Shown: piece after piece, positions 41,830-54,910 of the stretch
Position numbering within the stretch: position 1 is the stretch's first letter
Layout: every line of letters starts with the position of its first letter
Assembly: GCA_030141605.1 (NCBI GenBank)
Contig: JAQGDQ010000241.1
Coordinates: 277,706 to 341,705 of the forward strand
From: Tubiluchus corallicola
Lineage: Eukaryota > Animalia > Priapulida
Direction of reading: 5' to 3'
DNA: 64,000 bases
Made by a program: the position numbers and the translations under genes
Notes under the pieces: generated by a model
Told to the model about the DNA's origin: nothing
Database searches by the model: none
Seen by the model: the letters and a program-made list of their open reading frames with translations, nothing else

Positions 41830-44412
41830 ATGGGCAGTGATACGAACGAAAATAATGCAGAACCTGAACACGGAAGTACTGCACTAACACTGTTGCCTGA
41901 AGGACAAACAGAAGCAATTCGGCTGTTGTTGGATGATGGAGCAAACGTTCATCAGTGTGGCAAACATGGCTTCACTCCACTGGCGTTGGCTGCGCAAGAA
42001 GGACACGTTGAAATTGTTAAACTGTTGCTTCTTAAAGGAGCTGATATCAACGCAAGAGACAGTCACAATTTTACGCCATTGATGCGAGCAGCACGAGGTG
42101 GCCACCTAGAAATAGTTGAGACGTTGCTGCAAAACAAACAGATAGACATACACGCAAAAGACAAGTACGAATGTAATGCTCTTATGCACGCAGTTCGCGT
42201 GAACAACGTTTCTCTGGTAAAATTACTGCTTCAAAGTGGACTGAAACCTGACTGCAAAAACAGTTTTGGAAACCCGCCGCTTATTTATGCAGCGAGGCAA
42301 GGCCTCACCGAAAACGTAAGATTGCTATTAGAGCATGGTGCAGAAATCAATGTACGCAATCGTTTTGGAAATACGGCATTGATGAGGTCAGCAGCCTGGG
42401 GACGAGTTGATACTGTGCAGTTGTTGGTGAGCTGGAAAAAAGAGAAAGTAGCCATTGACGCACAAAACAACGACGGCAACACCGCTTTAATGTTTGCAGC
42501 AGGGGCGGGTCGCGTTACTACAGTCGAGTTATTACTGAAAAATGGAGCAAACAAGGAATTGCTAAACCGAAGTAAGAACACTGCACTTACGTTAGCTGTA
42601 AAAAATGGGCACATAGAGACGTTGAAGGTACTAGGTGGAGTAGAGAAACATGCTAGTACTAGTGAAAACCTGTTGTTAGCAGCTAAACGAGGACAAACTC
42701 AGATTGTAAAGTTCATGTTAGACAATGGAGTTGACGTTAATACTGCCGACAATGAAGGAAACACGTCACTCCACTTGGCAGCACGTAAAGGCATTGGATA
42801 TAAGTGTGGCCTCTTGCAACTTCTGGTAAAACGAGGCATCAACATCGAGGCTGAAAACAAAGGCCATGAAAAAGCAATTGCTATTTACACAAAAACTGTT
42901 TGTCATAGTAACTGGGTTATTAATGGAGACGTGAGACATGGCATTGGGTATCTTCTACAGGAATTATACATGACCCAAAATTGCATGTATGTTGGAAGCT
43001 TGCCAACGTGTTTTCTACCAGAAATGGTAGAAGCCATTAAGGGATGTAGGAGAAATTGTAAAATTGAAGAAATTCTAAAAATACCTGGAATTGGTGAACT
43101 TCCGCATGTGAGGGAAAATGAAATTATTTTGGAAAGTATCTTACTTGTAGCACATGAAGCTTGTAAGAAACTCAATCAACTTGATGATAAATTAGAATCA
43201 TTCCCAATTCTTGTGGGAAGCAGTTCTTGTGGGACAAAAGTTGCACAACCTGATGAGTTTGACTTCTTTATAGTCCTAAAGAAATTAAGTGACTTTATTG
43301 CAAAGATGGAATGTGATAAACCAGGGTATGTAAAAGCGAAACTTAATAATAACGGAAAGAAATTCTATTATGAGTACACTAATGACGAACATCTTTGCAA
43401 CTCAATAAGCAAGCTGTTTATTGAAAAGTTTTGTCAAGCCGTTGGAGACATTTTCAACAATATATCTGTTAACTCGCCGTTGGCCTCAACTAACTTATCC
43501 TTGCACAGCATCGTCTGGAATAAGGTGTGTATAACAATACGGTTTGACTATCGAAGAAGTGAACGCACACTTCATCCCTGTTTGATCATTTCTGTTGACT
43601 TTTCTCCAGTGTTACAATTTAACTATGGAAAAAAAATTAGGCACTTAGTCAGCAAGCCGTCAAAGGTGGCTACTAACCTAATGTGGACCACATCCACTAG
43701 CACGGAGGAATGTGAAATAATTCGCTACCTGTCAGCAAAGAAGAAGCAGGTATTGTTATTGGCAAAAGCTTTAATGAACAAGTTCTTGTACTGCTGTACT
43801 GAAAACTTTTCGTTGGAATTTGATACTGAAAAGATAGACAGATTCACTTTGATAAAGTTATCGTTCTTCAAAGAGGAGTTTGGCATCGACATTGTGAGGT
43901 TGTTTTCCATAACAAAATATCAACCTGAGCATATTATTGACAGCTATCTCATCAAAACTGCGTTTTTACGAGAAATAAACGCGTTTTGTGATGACGACGA
44001 TTGGCAAAGTGATCAAACTGTCTCACGGGTACTCAGTATGTTAGACTATATAGCAACTTGTGCCCAAACAGGCTTCATGCCACATGCTATTCTTGAAAAG
44101 GTGAACATTCTAGGAGAACACCACTACAAATTCATAGAACATGTGAATGTTTTGTACCTTATCGGACTTTGTGCCACCAGTATTGCAACTGCTATAAGAA
44201 ATAAGTCCATACCTACAAACAATGGGGTCATGACTTTAGACGAGGAAGCAGTGTTTGAATTATACAACCAAACAAAGAGCACTAGGAAAAAGGGTGTTAC
44301 CAACTATGACGAGGAAGACACAAAACTGGCATTCCAGTATTTGTGGAATTATCTTGAACAGGTAGAATTTTACATATTTCGTTTTAAACGTCATTATTGG
44401 CCCAAACATTAA
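41830..44412 (+). CDS. Ankyrin-repeat + cGAS/Mab-21-like nucleotidyltransferase (ANK-cGLR), 860 aa
   Basis: About 10 ANK repeats in aa ~14-350 (e.g. GFTPLALAAQEGHVEIVKLLLLKGADINARD). NTase motif LVGSSSCGTKVAQPDEFD (G463-S464...E476-F-D478) with third acid ISVD590F. Mab-21 C-lobe motifs DSYLIKTAFL and FMPHAILEKVNIL. Confidence 0.9.
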   Translation: MGSDTNENNAEPEHGSTALTLLPEGQTEAIRLLLDDGANVHQCGKHGFTPLALAAQEGHVEIVKLLLLKGADINARDSHNFTPLMRAARGGHLEIVETLLQNKQIDIHAKDKYECNALMHAVRVNNVSLVKLLLQSGLKPDCKNSFGNPPLIYAARQGLTENVRLLLEHGAEINVRNRFGNTALMRSAAWGRVDTVQLLVSWKKEKVAIDAQNNDGNTALMFAAGAGRVTTVELLLKNGANKELLNRSKNTALTLAVKNGHIETLKVLGGVEKHASTSENLLLAAKRGQTQIVKFMLDNGVDVNTADNEGNTSLHLAARKGIGYKCGLLQLLVKRGINIEAENKGHEKAIAIYTKTVCHSNWVINGDVRHGIGYLLQELYMTQNCMYVGSLPTCFLPEMVEAIKGCRRNCKIEEILKIPGIGELPHVRENEIILESILLVAHEACKKLNQLDDKLESFPILVGSSSCGTKVAQPDEFDFFIVLKKLSDFIAKMECDKPGYVKAKLNNNGKKFYYEYTNDEHLCNSISKLFIEKFCQAVGDIFNNISVNSPLASTNLSLHSIVWNKVCITIRFDYRRSERTLHPCLIISVDFSPVLQFNYGKKIRHLVSKPSKVATNLMWTTSTSTEECEIIRYLSAKKKQVLLLAKALMNKFLYCCTENFSLEFDTEKIDRFTLIKLSFFKEEFGIDIVRLFSITKYQPEHIIDSYLIKTAFLREINAFCDDDDWQSDQTVSRVLSMLDYIATCAQTGFMPHAILEKVNILGEHHYKFIEHVNVLYLIGLCATSIATAIRNKSIPTNNGVMTLDEEAVFELYNQTKSTRKKGVTNYDEEDTKLAFQYLWNYLEQVEFYIFRFKRHYWPKH

Positions 44413-44519
44413 AGCGAAAAAAGAGACGAAGCAAATTGAGAGGATGAAAAAAGTGCGCGCCCGCTGTGTGTGACATTGTGTGTATGTGAGTGCGAGCGTG
44501 CTTGCGCGCATGTGCATGA

Positions 44520-44520
<1 letters not shown>

Positions 44521-44576
<56 letters not shown>
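44521..44576. repeat. (TG)n microsatellite
   Basis: Direct reading. Confidence 0.95.
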
Positions 44577-44577
<1 letters not shown>

Positions 44578-45307
44578 TTTTGACGGATGTTATAGACCCT
44601 TACATAATATGTTACATAATATGCGTTACCTTGTTTTAGTGTTTTAGTGCAAATATTAAAAACATAAATGCAAATCATTGCGCTTCATTCTCTGAATGAG
44701 AAAAGGTATCACGCATCGATCTGCTGCTCGAATTCTCGGACTAGCCAATATAACCTTGAGAAAGCTAATTAGTGCAATTACTATTTAAACTCTTAAATAT
44801 TTCGTTTTCTAGGTTTTTCAGAAAATGCCTAAAGAACCTACTGAATAGCAGAATGTCAGTAGTACAGATCAACAGGAACTCATTCTGCAGATCCGATTCA
44901 CCATAGACGGACACGACAGGCCACAAAGTTGGAACCAGAACCTTATTAATAGAGTGAGTGAGGGGGGATCAACAGATCACTACTCATCGATCTTAGAGAC
45001 GTCAAGAAAACGTTCAATTTGTGTCAGCACTGTAAATTCTCTTAGCGCCGTCAGTACCCCGGGATCTTATCGTATTTTTTTGCATTTTTGTCTATAAGCC
45101 TACCTCACGATGACCACCTTTGACATTGGGTCTAAATAAAATAGAGTATTTGGTTATTATTGGAATCAAAAACTTCAAAAATTACAATAAATTAATGGGC
45201 TAAAGTTTATAAAAACTTCAAAAGTTTCAGAAAATAATTGACTAAAGTTTACACTCGCAGAATCGAGTTAAAAACTGTGAAATTTATATTTAAATCAATA
45301 AGTGCAG

Positions 45308-45310
<3 letters not shown>

Positions 45311-45362
<52 letters not shown>
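45311..45362. repeat. (GA)n microsatellite
   Basis: Direct reading. Confidence 0.95.
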
Positions 45363-45365
<3 letters not shown>

Positions 45366-48300
45366 CGGAAGGTTCGACATACATTAAGTCATGCCACTTT
45401 ATAATATTCAATATAAGTTCAATATTTGTCAAATTGTTTGGAACAGGTGACTATTTTTCACTCTAATCATTAACCTCATTTTCTTTTATTTAACGCATAA
45501 CTGATATACCCTTGTTTAGAAAATTAGGGGCACGTAGTTTTATATGAAGAGTAATAACAGCAATAAATCAAAGCTCGCGATGCTAAATTTTTAAGCTTTT
45601 CTTTAGCCAAACCACTAACTTGTACCTTGAACGTACTTTAAAATTTACATAATGATACTTTCAACATACCAAATGTTCAATTTTTTGTACAGGTTTTTCT
45701 AAAAATGCCAGCAGGACGTCGAGGTAGCAGCAGTTACCGTGCATAGTGCGTGAATTATTTCCTGTGATGTAGAAAGGTCGAGATGGTCAGTTCTGAGTGA
45801 TTTGAAAATAGGTGGAATGCTCTAAAAGTCTATACCTTGAAAAATAGGTAACTATGAATTAATTTGCTTTTTATAAAAATTTATAACAACAGATCTCTGA
45901 TTCTTTGCTTATTGTTAAAGGGTCTGCGTTTAGGAAACGCCACGTCTAGTCAACAAATGGATGCGTGAGCGCCATGGAACTTGAGAGCTTAATCTCCCCA
46001 ACCGCTTCAACTGCCCCTGTCTATTTACGTCTAGACGTGGCTAAGATACCTTTCCAATTTAATGCCTCATTTTAAAGGATTATCTGACCTCTCCACAAGC
46101 ATGCACATTAAGTATAGGAGTTCATTATCAGAGCAGAACTCCAGCTAATTTTCAGTGACTGAGCAGATGTGACCTTTCCAGTCTTCTTTGTTTCCAGTAT
46201 TCTCAGTACTTGTAGTAAGACGCTATGACTCCGCTGGGTAATCTCGGAATAGTACATGCTTACAGGCGTTTTGTAGCTGGTAGCTCCGTAAGACAGTCTG
46301 TGTTTTAAAACAGCTTTTATCTTGTACAGGTTCAAGCAAGATAACGATTATGATGAATATGAATATACGCTCACACATTATTCTCCTCATGCTGGCTATT
46401 ACTATTTTGTGTAATTTGTATCCTATAATCCAGGCAGCGTGTGAAGATCACAGAAGCCACGTTAAAGATAGTCATGGATGTGGCGGCCTGCAACAATGGA
46501 GTTCTCAACTGTCGACTTGGGTACCCTGTTCTTATGGACCTTCACCTGTATGAGTGAACATGTCTCATGTGTGTGAACCGATGATGCAACAGACTTTCTA
46601 GAGTTGGACAAATGGACGAAATTTTCCTGACTAAGTTAGATGATAACACTTTTTATTTCCTAGTGTTATCGTGTTTTACTAAGAGATAGTCAGCTTGGAT
46701 TTAGGCTTTATAGCGCCTCAATAGCGCATGTTGTAACATTTTTGCACTAGATGGCGCTCTAAGAACTCTATGCTTGTGTCCACCCCGTTATTAGTTTGAG
46801 CATTACGACTAACTGTACTCTATGTGATAATTTATGTTAATAATAACTTACTTATCTGTTAGCTAGCCAATTCTGTAATTAGTAAATAAGATTAATTAAG
46901 AGTTTTAGTTAGAATTTCTGGTGGCAGAGCTTTTGCAAACAAAAAGTTCAACAATAGTTACGCGTTTGGATACTTTTAGACTATACTTGTGTTATGTTAT
47001 GTTATGTAATGCAAGTGAAATAAACTGTTTAAAATGAAAAAAAATTAAAATAAATTACATGTGCTTATTTACATGACTATATTCTTTTTTATTCGTACAA
47101 AAATTTTATACAGCAATGCAGTTTTAGTATAAAAAATAAATACAATAAAAATAATTTTTGTTAGTAATTAAAAAAACAAAAGATGACGAAATACATGTAG
47201 TTCTTTACTCATTCGTAAAGCTTTTCTAGCTTTTCTTCTTACATTAAAATTAAAGCACCATGCTTTATTCTTAAACCAGCTGAATCATTCATAAAATATA
47301 ATAAAATCTTTGGTATAACAAGTGATTCGGAATTTTCCCTTAAAAAATTTACTTTATGACTGTCAGTAAAAAAATTTGCTGGCATGGTGCCACAGTAATA
47401 CCAATAGAAGATTAGTAATGTCAAATTCCTTTGATAAACTAAAGGAAAAATCACAAACTAATTAAGTGGAGTCGCTAAATCATCATTATAATAGTCGATT
47501 GATTTCTTTTAACAGGGATAGCGTATTCTAGATACGTTGTAAATTAAAACATATGACAGATTTGGAGCCACGTGTAGTCCGTGTTCTAATCTGTTTTATG
47601 ATGTAAGTTCGCGAATTTAAGTTTGGAAATGGAAGAAATAAAGGTCGATTATGTTTAAAAGGGATATTAATAATGTTAACGTGTTTGCACGGAAATATTA
47701 TTGTGTAAAGAAAAGTCTGCATGGGCTTCTAAGACAGGGATTTTCAGTGATTGTATTAAAGCAGTTGCTAAATGCTTTTTGTTAATTTTGTGATGATTTG
47801 TGTGTGTGTATCCAAATGTCAATCTAAGTCGCGCAATTTTGTAGGACGTTTAACTTCACGAAATTGTTCTGTTTGCCCAAACTTTATGAACCTTACAATG
47901 CAGGAAAATTTTATATTTCTGATTAATGGAATTGATTGTGAACTTGCAAATGTAGTTTCAAATTTTGTATTATAGATTGTTCTAGAAGAAAGAAAATAAA
48001 TGCTTTATCTTGAAAAATCATATTCAACTGGTAGCGACAGCGTATTTTTGTAATTTTATTATTTTTGTAAACGTGCAATATTGTGAACTATTTAACCTCT
48101 AGTATTTTACCTGTTTCAATGTGACGATTATACTCATGTATGTGTGATGCTTTTGTGTGATGTGAGTCTCTTTAGGTACATTGTATTCATCAATAAATTT
48201 ATCATATGTATTTTTAGCATGCTTGCATCGCCGACAATTATTTAATATTTAATGTGAATATTACTTGTAATAATTGTTACGCATACTTAAAGAAATATAT

Positions 48301-48695
48301 AAACTAAATGACTGTTTATATACCCTTTAGGCCTACGCTCGTTTTTATGTCATATTCTATATCTAGGCCTATTTCAAGCTACGACGTAGAAGTACAGATC
48401 CATTACAGTTATTATTACAGACGCATCTATCTTAATCTATTTTTGCAGTTATAGTGCATGGGAAATGTCTGGCAATAAGTGTGTTGAATGTCAGAAAGCA
48501 AAACAAACTTGTTCTTCAAAACAGATGGTTTCTTTTTCCTAGGAGACGTTTTTACTTTTGCCTATAATATCAAGTGTAATTCGATGCAGTGAAAATAATT
48601 TTGTAAGCGATGCTTTACACGCTAGATTCTTAAATTATCCGTGAGCACGTATGTATACTTGACACAGCAAAAACAAATCTAGAAAATTTTTAAGA

Positions 48696-49180
<485 letters not shown>

Positions 49181-49569
49181 CGATGCAATACACTTCTTGG
49201 CTAGATTCTTAAATTATACGTATGAGCACGTATGTATACTTTGATTCTCTACTACTCAACTATAATAAATGTTACAACAACGATATATGTCCAACGCGCA
49301 ATATTACAAACGACACATATTGCATTAGAAATATTGCCATACTGTAAAACACAAAAATTCGTGACCTACACCAGTGTAATTTGCATCGTTCATTAAATAC
49401 TGTAATTAGAATTGCCTTGGTTTTGAATTAATCATGGATGTTTAGCATGATACCAGACCTAAATCAATTCTGGTTCTATTCTAAAAACATGTGTGTAAAA
49501 ACATGAAAAATGGCTATACAAATGTGAGCATTCATTAGAACAATCAGAATAATATTAAAATAAATGAAG

Positions 49570-49826
49570 GAAAATGGACCAAGTATATTAAAAGCAGAAG
49601 ACTTAACTGGGTGGGTTATGTTTTGAGGTTACCAGAAGATAGTTTACTTATTAAAGCTTTCCATGAATCAACTCATCAAACCAAGAGGCGGCAGGTGGAT
49701 GCATTTCATGCAAAATATCTGAATGGAACGTCTCTAATTCTGAAAGATACTTCATCTTGGAGAGTAGTTAAGGACAGAAGGGCTTGGCAGCAGAAGGTTA
49801 ACAGTGTTTTGACCTTCAACGAATGA
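49570..49826 (+). mobile_element. RTE-like LINE 3'-end fragment
   Basis: IKSRRLNWVGYVLRLPEDSLLIKA ... VKDRRAWQQKV resembles the RRLRWxGHVxR ... DRxxWR C-terminus of RTE-type ORFs. Confidence 0.65.
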
Positions 49827-52800
49827 ACACGTAATATGATTTGAGTTTTAAATGTTCTAGACTGAAATATTTATAAACCCAGAAACAAAAATTATTAAAA
49901 CAATAATGTATATGTCAAGTAAGCAATGTGTTTAATTTTTTTGTTGTTTGACAATTTGGATAAAGTTAAATGTTATGAAACTATCATCAAGCACTGCTAT
50001 TAGTATCAAAACAGTCCCAAATTAAACTTAAAACACTAGCTGCACGTGACATCTTCAGAAATAAGATTTTCACAAATAACATTCTTGTTGATATTAATGA
50101 AGAAAATGCAATTCAACTAACAAAATTAATGTCAAAGTAAAAAAACAATACAATTCCTGTCGACAGAATTTCATTTTGGCAGGATAAAAACGCAATATGG
50201 AAGACCGGACAAACTTCCGACAAATGCCATTTGGCAGTTGTCAACGCACAAACTTTGAGTACAAGAGAGGCTGCTAATATTTTAGTGACAAGATCTGTGC
50301 AAATAAAAATATTGTCATCATCCATTTTTATGATGTTGGACTTTTATAATTTCTTAACTAGAGCGATAAATTTTACACGGATTTTCAGGATATCGATATA
50401 TAAGTTTGGTTGCCAAGTCGAAGAAGATTTGTGAATCTTTGTACCAGATTACTAGGCCTATAAAGCGATGACAAAACGTTGACCATTAACTATTGATCAA
50501 TAAAGAGGAATTGTGCGATGAAAACAATGCACACAACGTCCACATTGATCAATAACTGAAGCTTTAAACTCGAAAACGTAGCTATTCATTAATGAAGGCG
50601 TTGTGCGCATTCTTTTCATCATTTTTATAACATAGTAACTTTATCGGCAAAATTGTTGTGACCTATGGTGTTTTTGTTTTATTTTATTTTACACGAGATT
50701 TGCTGTGCCAGATTACACAACCTAAATTATGATAAGCTCCTGTGTGTGTTATTCTTCATATTCTAGTCCATAACTTAGCTTACATGATACGCATCAACCA
50801 AGCACATTACCAGAATCTTGGAAACCGCCAGGAAGCCAAATGGAACTATTTTTGCATAAAATGTGGAGAGAACTGATGGTAAATAACACAAGAAATTTTT
50901 AGTAGAAACCGGTTCCAGCCAGAATGATGCTTTCCCGCATGGAAACAAAAGTGACTGACATCAGTTATGTAAACAATGAAAAAAAGATCAATTTGGAATT
51001 CTGTACTAACTTTGGCATTTTATGTAAACGTAGCAAGGCGATATAGACGTTTCTGATCAAAGGGTTTATTTATCGTCTGGCATTTAGCTGAAAAGGGGCG
51101 TCGGAAACTCGACCGAAATCCGGACGTCAATTTGGCGTTGCCGTGTTTTTGCCGCCTTAGGTGTTCTGACTAACGGTTAACAGACTCTAAATCGAACCCA
51201 ACAGGTCAAGACGGTGCGTGGAAGTTTTCTTCTAATGTGCGCAACGCTCAAGAGTTTCACATGAAGCGAAATTTGTGACGATTATCTCATTTTTTCTAAA
51301 AATCATGCGATAAATTTCTTAGGAAGCCAAGTGTCTTTTTTGTCGACAAGCGCATAACGAGATTTCGAAACAACTTTGGTGGAAATTGGAGTAAAAGGTG
51401 AGTGTCAGACCTGATATTTGAACAAAATCCGAAACCCAAACGTGTAAAAATTACATGGTAACACTATAAAAAATATATAATTCAAATCTAACAATAATAA
51501 ACAATCGTTGCACTATAATTTAATCCACTGGAAATGTTTTTAACTCAATGCCAACTAAAATTAAATATGCTCATACTGTAAAATGCGTTTAAAAGTAATC
51601 TTAATGGTAAAGGATAAATTTACACATTAATAATTATATATTATAGGGTGTGGTGAAAAAAACTTTTATCCAGTCTTTTTACAACTTTTCCTACTTTGGG
51701 GGTTTGATGAGATACTACCATGGGTAAATTTTCAGCTTGATTAAGCTTTGGCAACACGTGTCTCCTCTTACGTTAAGATTTCGGATTTTTGCTCATTTGA
51801 GTGGTAATTTAACAAATTTTAAAAACTTTTATATCCACTCCACTGACCTAGCAATTTCCACCAGTAGTTTGTAATGATTATTAGTTATCGCACATAGAAC
51901 TAGCCTGTGACAGTTTTGCAGGAAATTGTATCTGCAAAATTTAAAAATGTGTATTTTATCCATATATCGCCATATGTTAACTAATGCTTTCAAAATTGCG
52001 CCTATATGAATTTCTCAAAAACTTGCTACATTGAACTGTAAACCCCGATTTGTTCTAAAAACAATAACAGTACCTTGCATTGTTTATTTGGAAAATGTTT
52101 ATTATTGAAAATGTTCATACTGCTCAACAACTATTTTTTCTAGAAAAATAATTTTAGAAACCGTTTATTTTTACATTTTGTGAATCACGAACTCTGGAAA
52201 AGTTAGCAGCAAGCCATACGGCTATCCTACTAAGCTGCCAGATAATCAGTTGCCAACAGTTGGAAATGTTCTACGGCATTATCAATTCAAAATGGAGGCC
52301 CAGTCAGAGAAGGATCCAGCACACAGATTTGTTGCGCAGCAGAAGAGATTGTAGCACAAGATGTATTCGCTATATATGCAAAAGCTTTAATTGCCACAAT
52401 AACACTTAAAGACACTATTAAAAGCATTATGACCGAGTTGCAAAAGATTCCATATGAGCTGGATAAAGTGCCCGAAAATAGTAAAACAAAGCCTTCACAT
52501 CCAGAAAACTATGCTTAAGATGGATGGTATACAAGATCACTGGACCACCTGACCACTGGACTGGCCTACTTATAGTAAATGTATGTCTATTCTGTTTTTC
52601 CAGTGTTTTCATTAGTCCCATCACATCATATAATTTTGAGGTGGTGAAAGAAGATGCCTTTCTTTATCAAGTAATCAAAAACATATACAGCGAATACACC
52701 TCTTCTGCTACGCAACAAACCTGTTTCTTGGATAATATACAATGTCAAAGGCTTAATGAATTGAAACTTAGTAAGAATATGCTATATTTTGGTGTTTAAT

Positions 52801-54910
52801 TACTAATTAAAAAAGCTTGGCTGCGACACTTAATAAGTAGTTGATTGACAGCCAGAAAACTGCTAATGAGTGGCTTTGTGTATCATGCTGCCTCCGACCT
52901 TTTGAAAGAGGCTGTATATGTGATATCTCTGCGTTAATACTACGTAAGTTGCAGCCATTTGAATGCTCTTAACTGGCGTTCGCTTTCGAAAGGCGACGAT
53001 GCGCTTACGATTAGCGAAAAGCAACGAATATCCACCAGTTACGTCATAATTTTCAATTAAATGGCGGAAACCACCCTGCCTGAAAATTTCTCTACAGCGG
53101 AAGTATAAAATAAACGTATATTCCATAGGCAGTTTTTGCATATTTCATTGTTATTTTGTTATTGTAATATTCTGGTTTTTGAAAAAAGAAACTTCAGAAA
53201 AGCTTCTTCCACTCTTTAGAATATTTCACACTCGCTTTTGCAGCCTTGACACAGTTGCACTGGCAAAATGTACCATTTGGTTTTGACTGGGAACATAACG
53301 ACTAATGCTGTAAAAGCAGTTAAACAAAAGTTTCCGCAAAATCTGGAAACCAAAACAGAATAACTTCTGTTGATGGGCTGGCGGCTTGTTTTACTGTTGC
53401 TACTAACGAGTAACTTATACATTAAACGTCTGGTTTCGCCCAGTTCAGCTGCATTGTTACATTTTCTTGCATCTTGGCGAATGGAAACATGATACAATAT
53501 ATTCATTTATTTCTTTTCATATGTGGTGATTGTGATCAATGTAATTTAGTCATTTATAAATACTTAATCACTAACATTTTTCATCAAAGAAACCAAAGAC
53601 GGATGCCTCCGCTATGGAGGAAAGAAGTCGTAGCTGACATCTGATGACCATGGAACAGAGACTGCATTGTGGAGAATACCTTTACGGGCAAGAGGAGGAT
53701 GAAGAATTAAGGCAACGTGGTTATTTTGGATACGCGCGGTCTACTCCTGAGCGAGAATTCGGAGACCCACGAGATGAGCAAATCCATCATACTATTCGGT
53801 CTTTGGCAGGTAAGTTAGTTTGTCTCTGAGGTGTCATCATTTTCTAGAATTAGCCCAGAATACGAAAGATTAGGGTACTCACTCATTGAGTTTTCTGCCA
53901 ACTGCCTGGGTATTGTCGTGCAATCCGTTTTTTTTTCGTAAAAATTTAGAACAAGGAGTAATTTTATTGTGACGTCACAAGATTAAAAACTAAGAAAAAC
54001 TTATCAATTAAACGACAACAATAACAAAAACATATAGCAGCATCACGGCGAAGCAAGTCTTTATAGAGTGTTACTTTGCAAACGGGTAACCCAAAAGTTA
54101 CCCTTAATAGCAGCGAAATTCCCAGGGGGTAAGATACCATGAAGCCTATTTTCTTATTATTGTTAGCCCCATATTATATTTTTCACAGGCGAGTTGTTTA
54201 GCTGCCAATTACTTTTACGCAAAGCAATCAAGTATTTTTGTAGTGCCACTTGAACTAATATTTGGTTATTTTCTTTGAAATCTTTGTATTTGCATCTTTC
54301 ACTACGAATTCACTTTTTCTATCACTTATGCCTTTTTCATTGGCAATCAAAGGGTTTAAATATCCGACATAAACTACGTTATACACCATAACGTATAACA
54401 ACTGTTTAAAGTTGCTCTAGTAAATTTATGAAAATTAAATTTCAGTTCACAGCAACTTGGCTCTTAGGGTCTAATTGATTCAGAGGGAGAACATGTTTCT
54501 AGCGCATGCAGTTCCTGTTTTCCAAATAAACAAGTTTCCTGCACCAGCATTGACTGGGTTCTGCAATCTTGGCACAGCTGTTGTAAATTGGCTCGTTATT
54601 TTCTGCAAATACGACATTTAAAAATACAACATAGAGTCAAGTGAAATAAACCATTAAGTTACTAAAGATCTGGATAACAGAATTGAAAATTTTTGCGTGT
54701 GTTGTGTTGTTAGTGTTTTTTTACCCTGCTTGTCACTTTGCGTAGATTAAATTCGCAGCAAAGAGAAACATCTGTGTAGCGTTGTTAGTTCGTTCATAGT
54801 TTTTTTCTGCATCAACTTAAGCGGAAGTCAACCTCGGCCCGGAAGTAGAGCATGAGACTAGTTGAACGTATTATAATATCACAATGTCAGCAAAACTAGT
54901 CTCTTTGATA

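Noticed and set aside
42285-43910. Antisense ORFs overlapping the ANK-cGLR (and those overlapping integrin exons)
   Set aside because: Shadow ORFs of the real coding strand.
52200-52800. Coding-like stretch, possibly a decayed DNA-transposase fragment
   Set aside because: Multiple stops and no diagnostic motif recognised.
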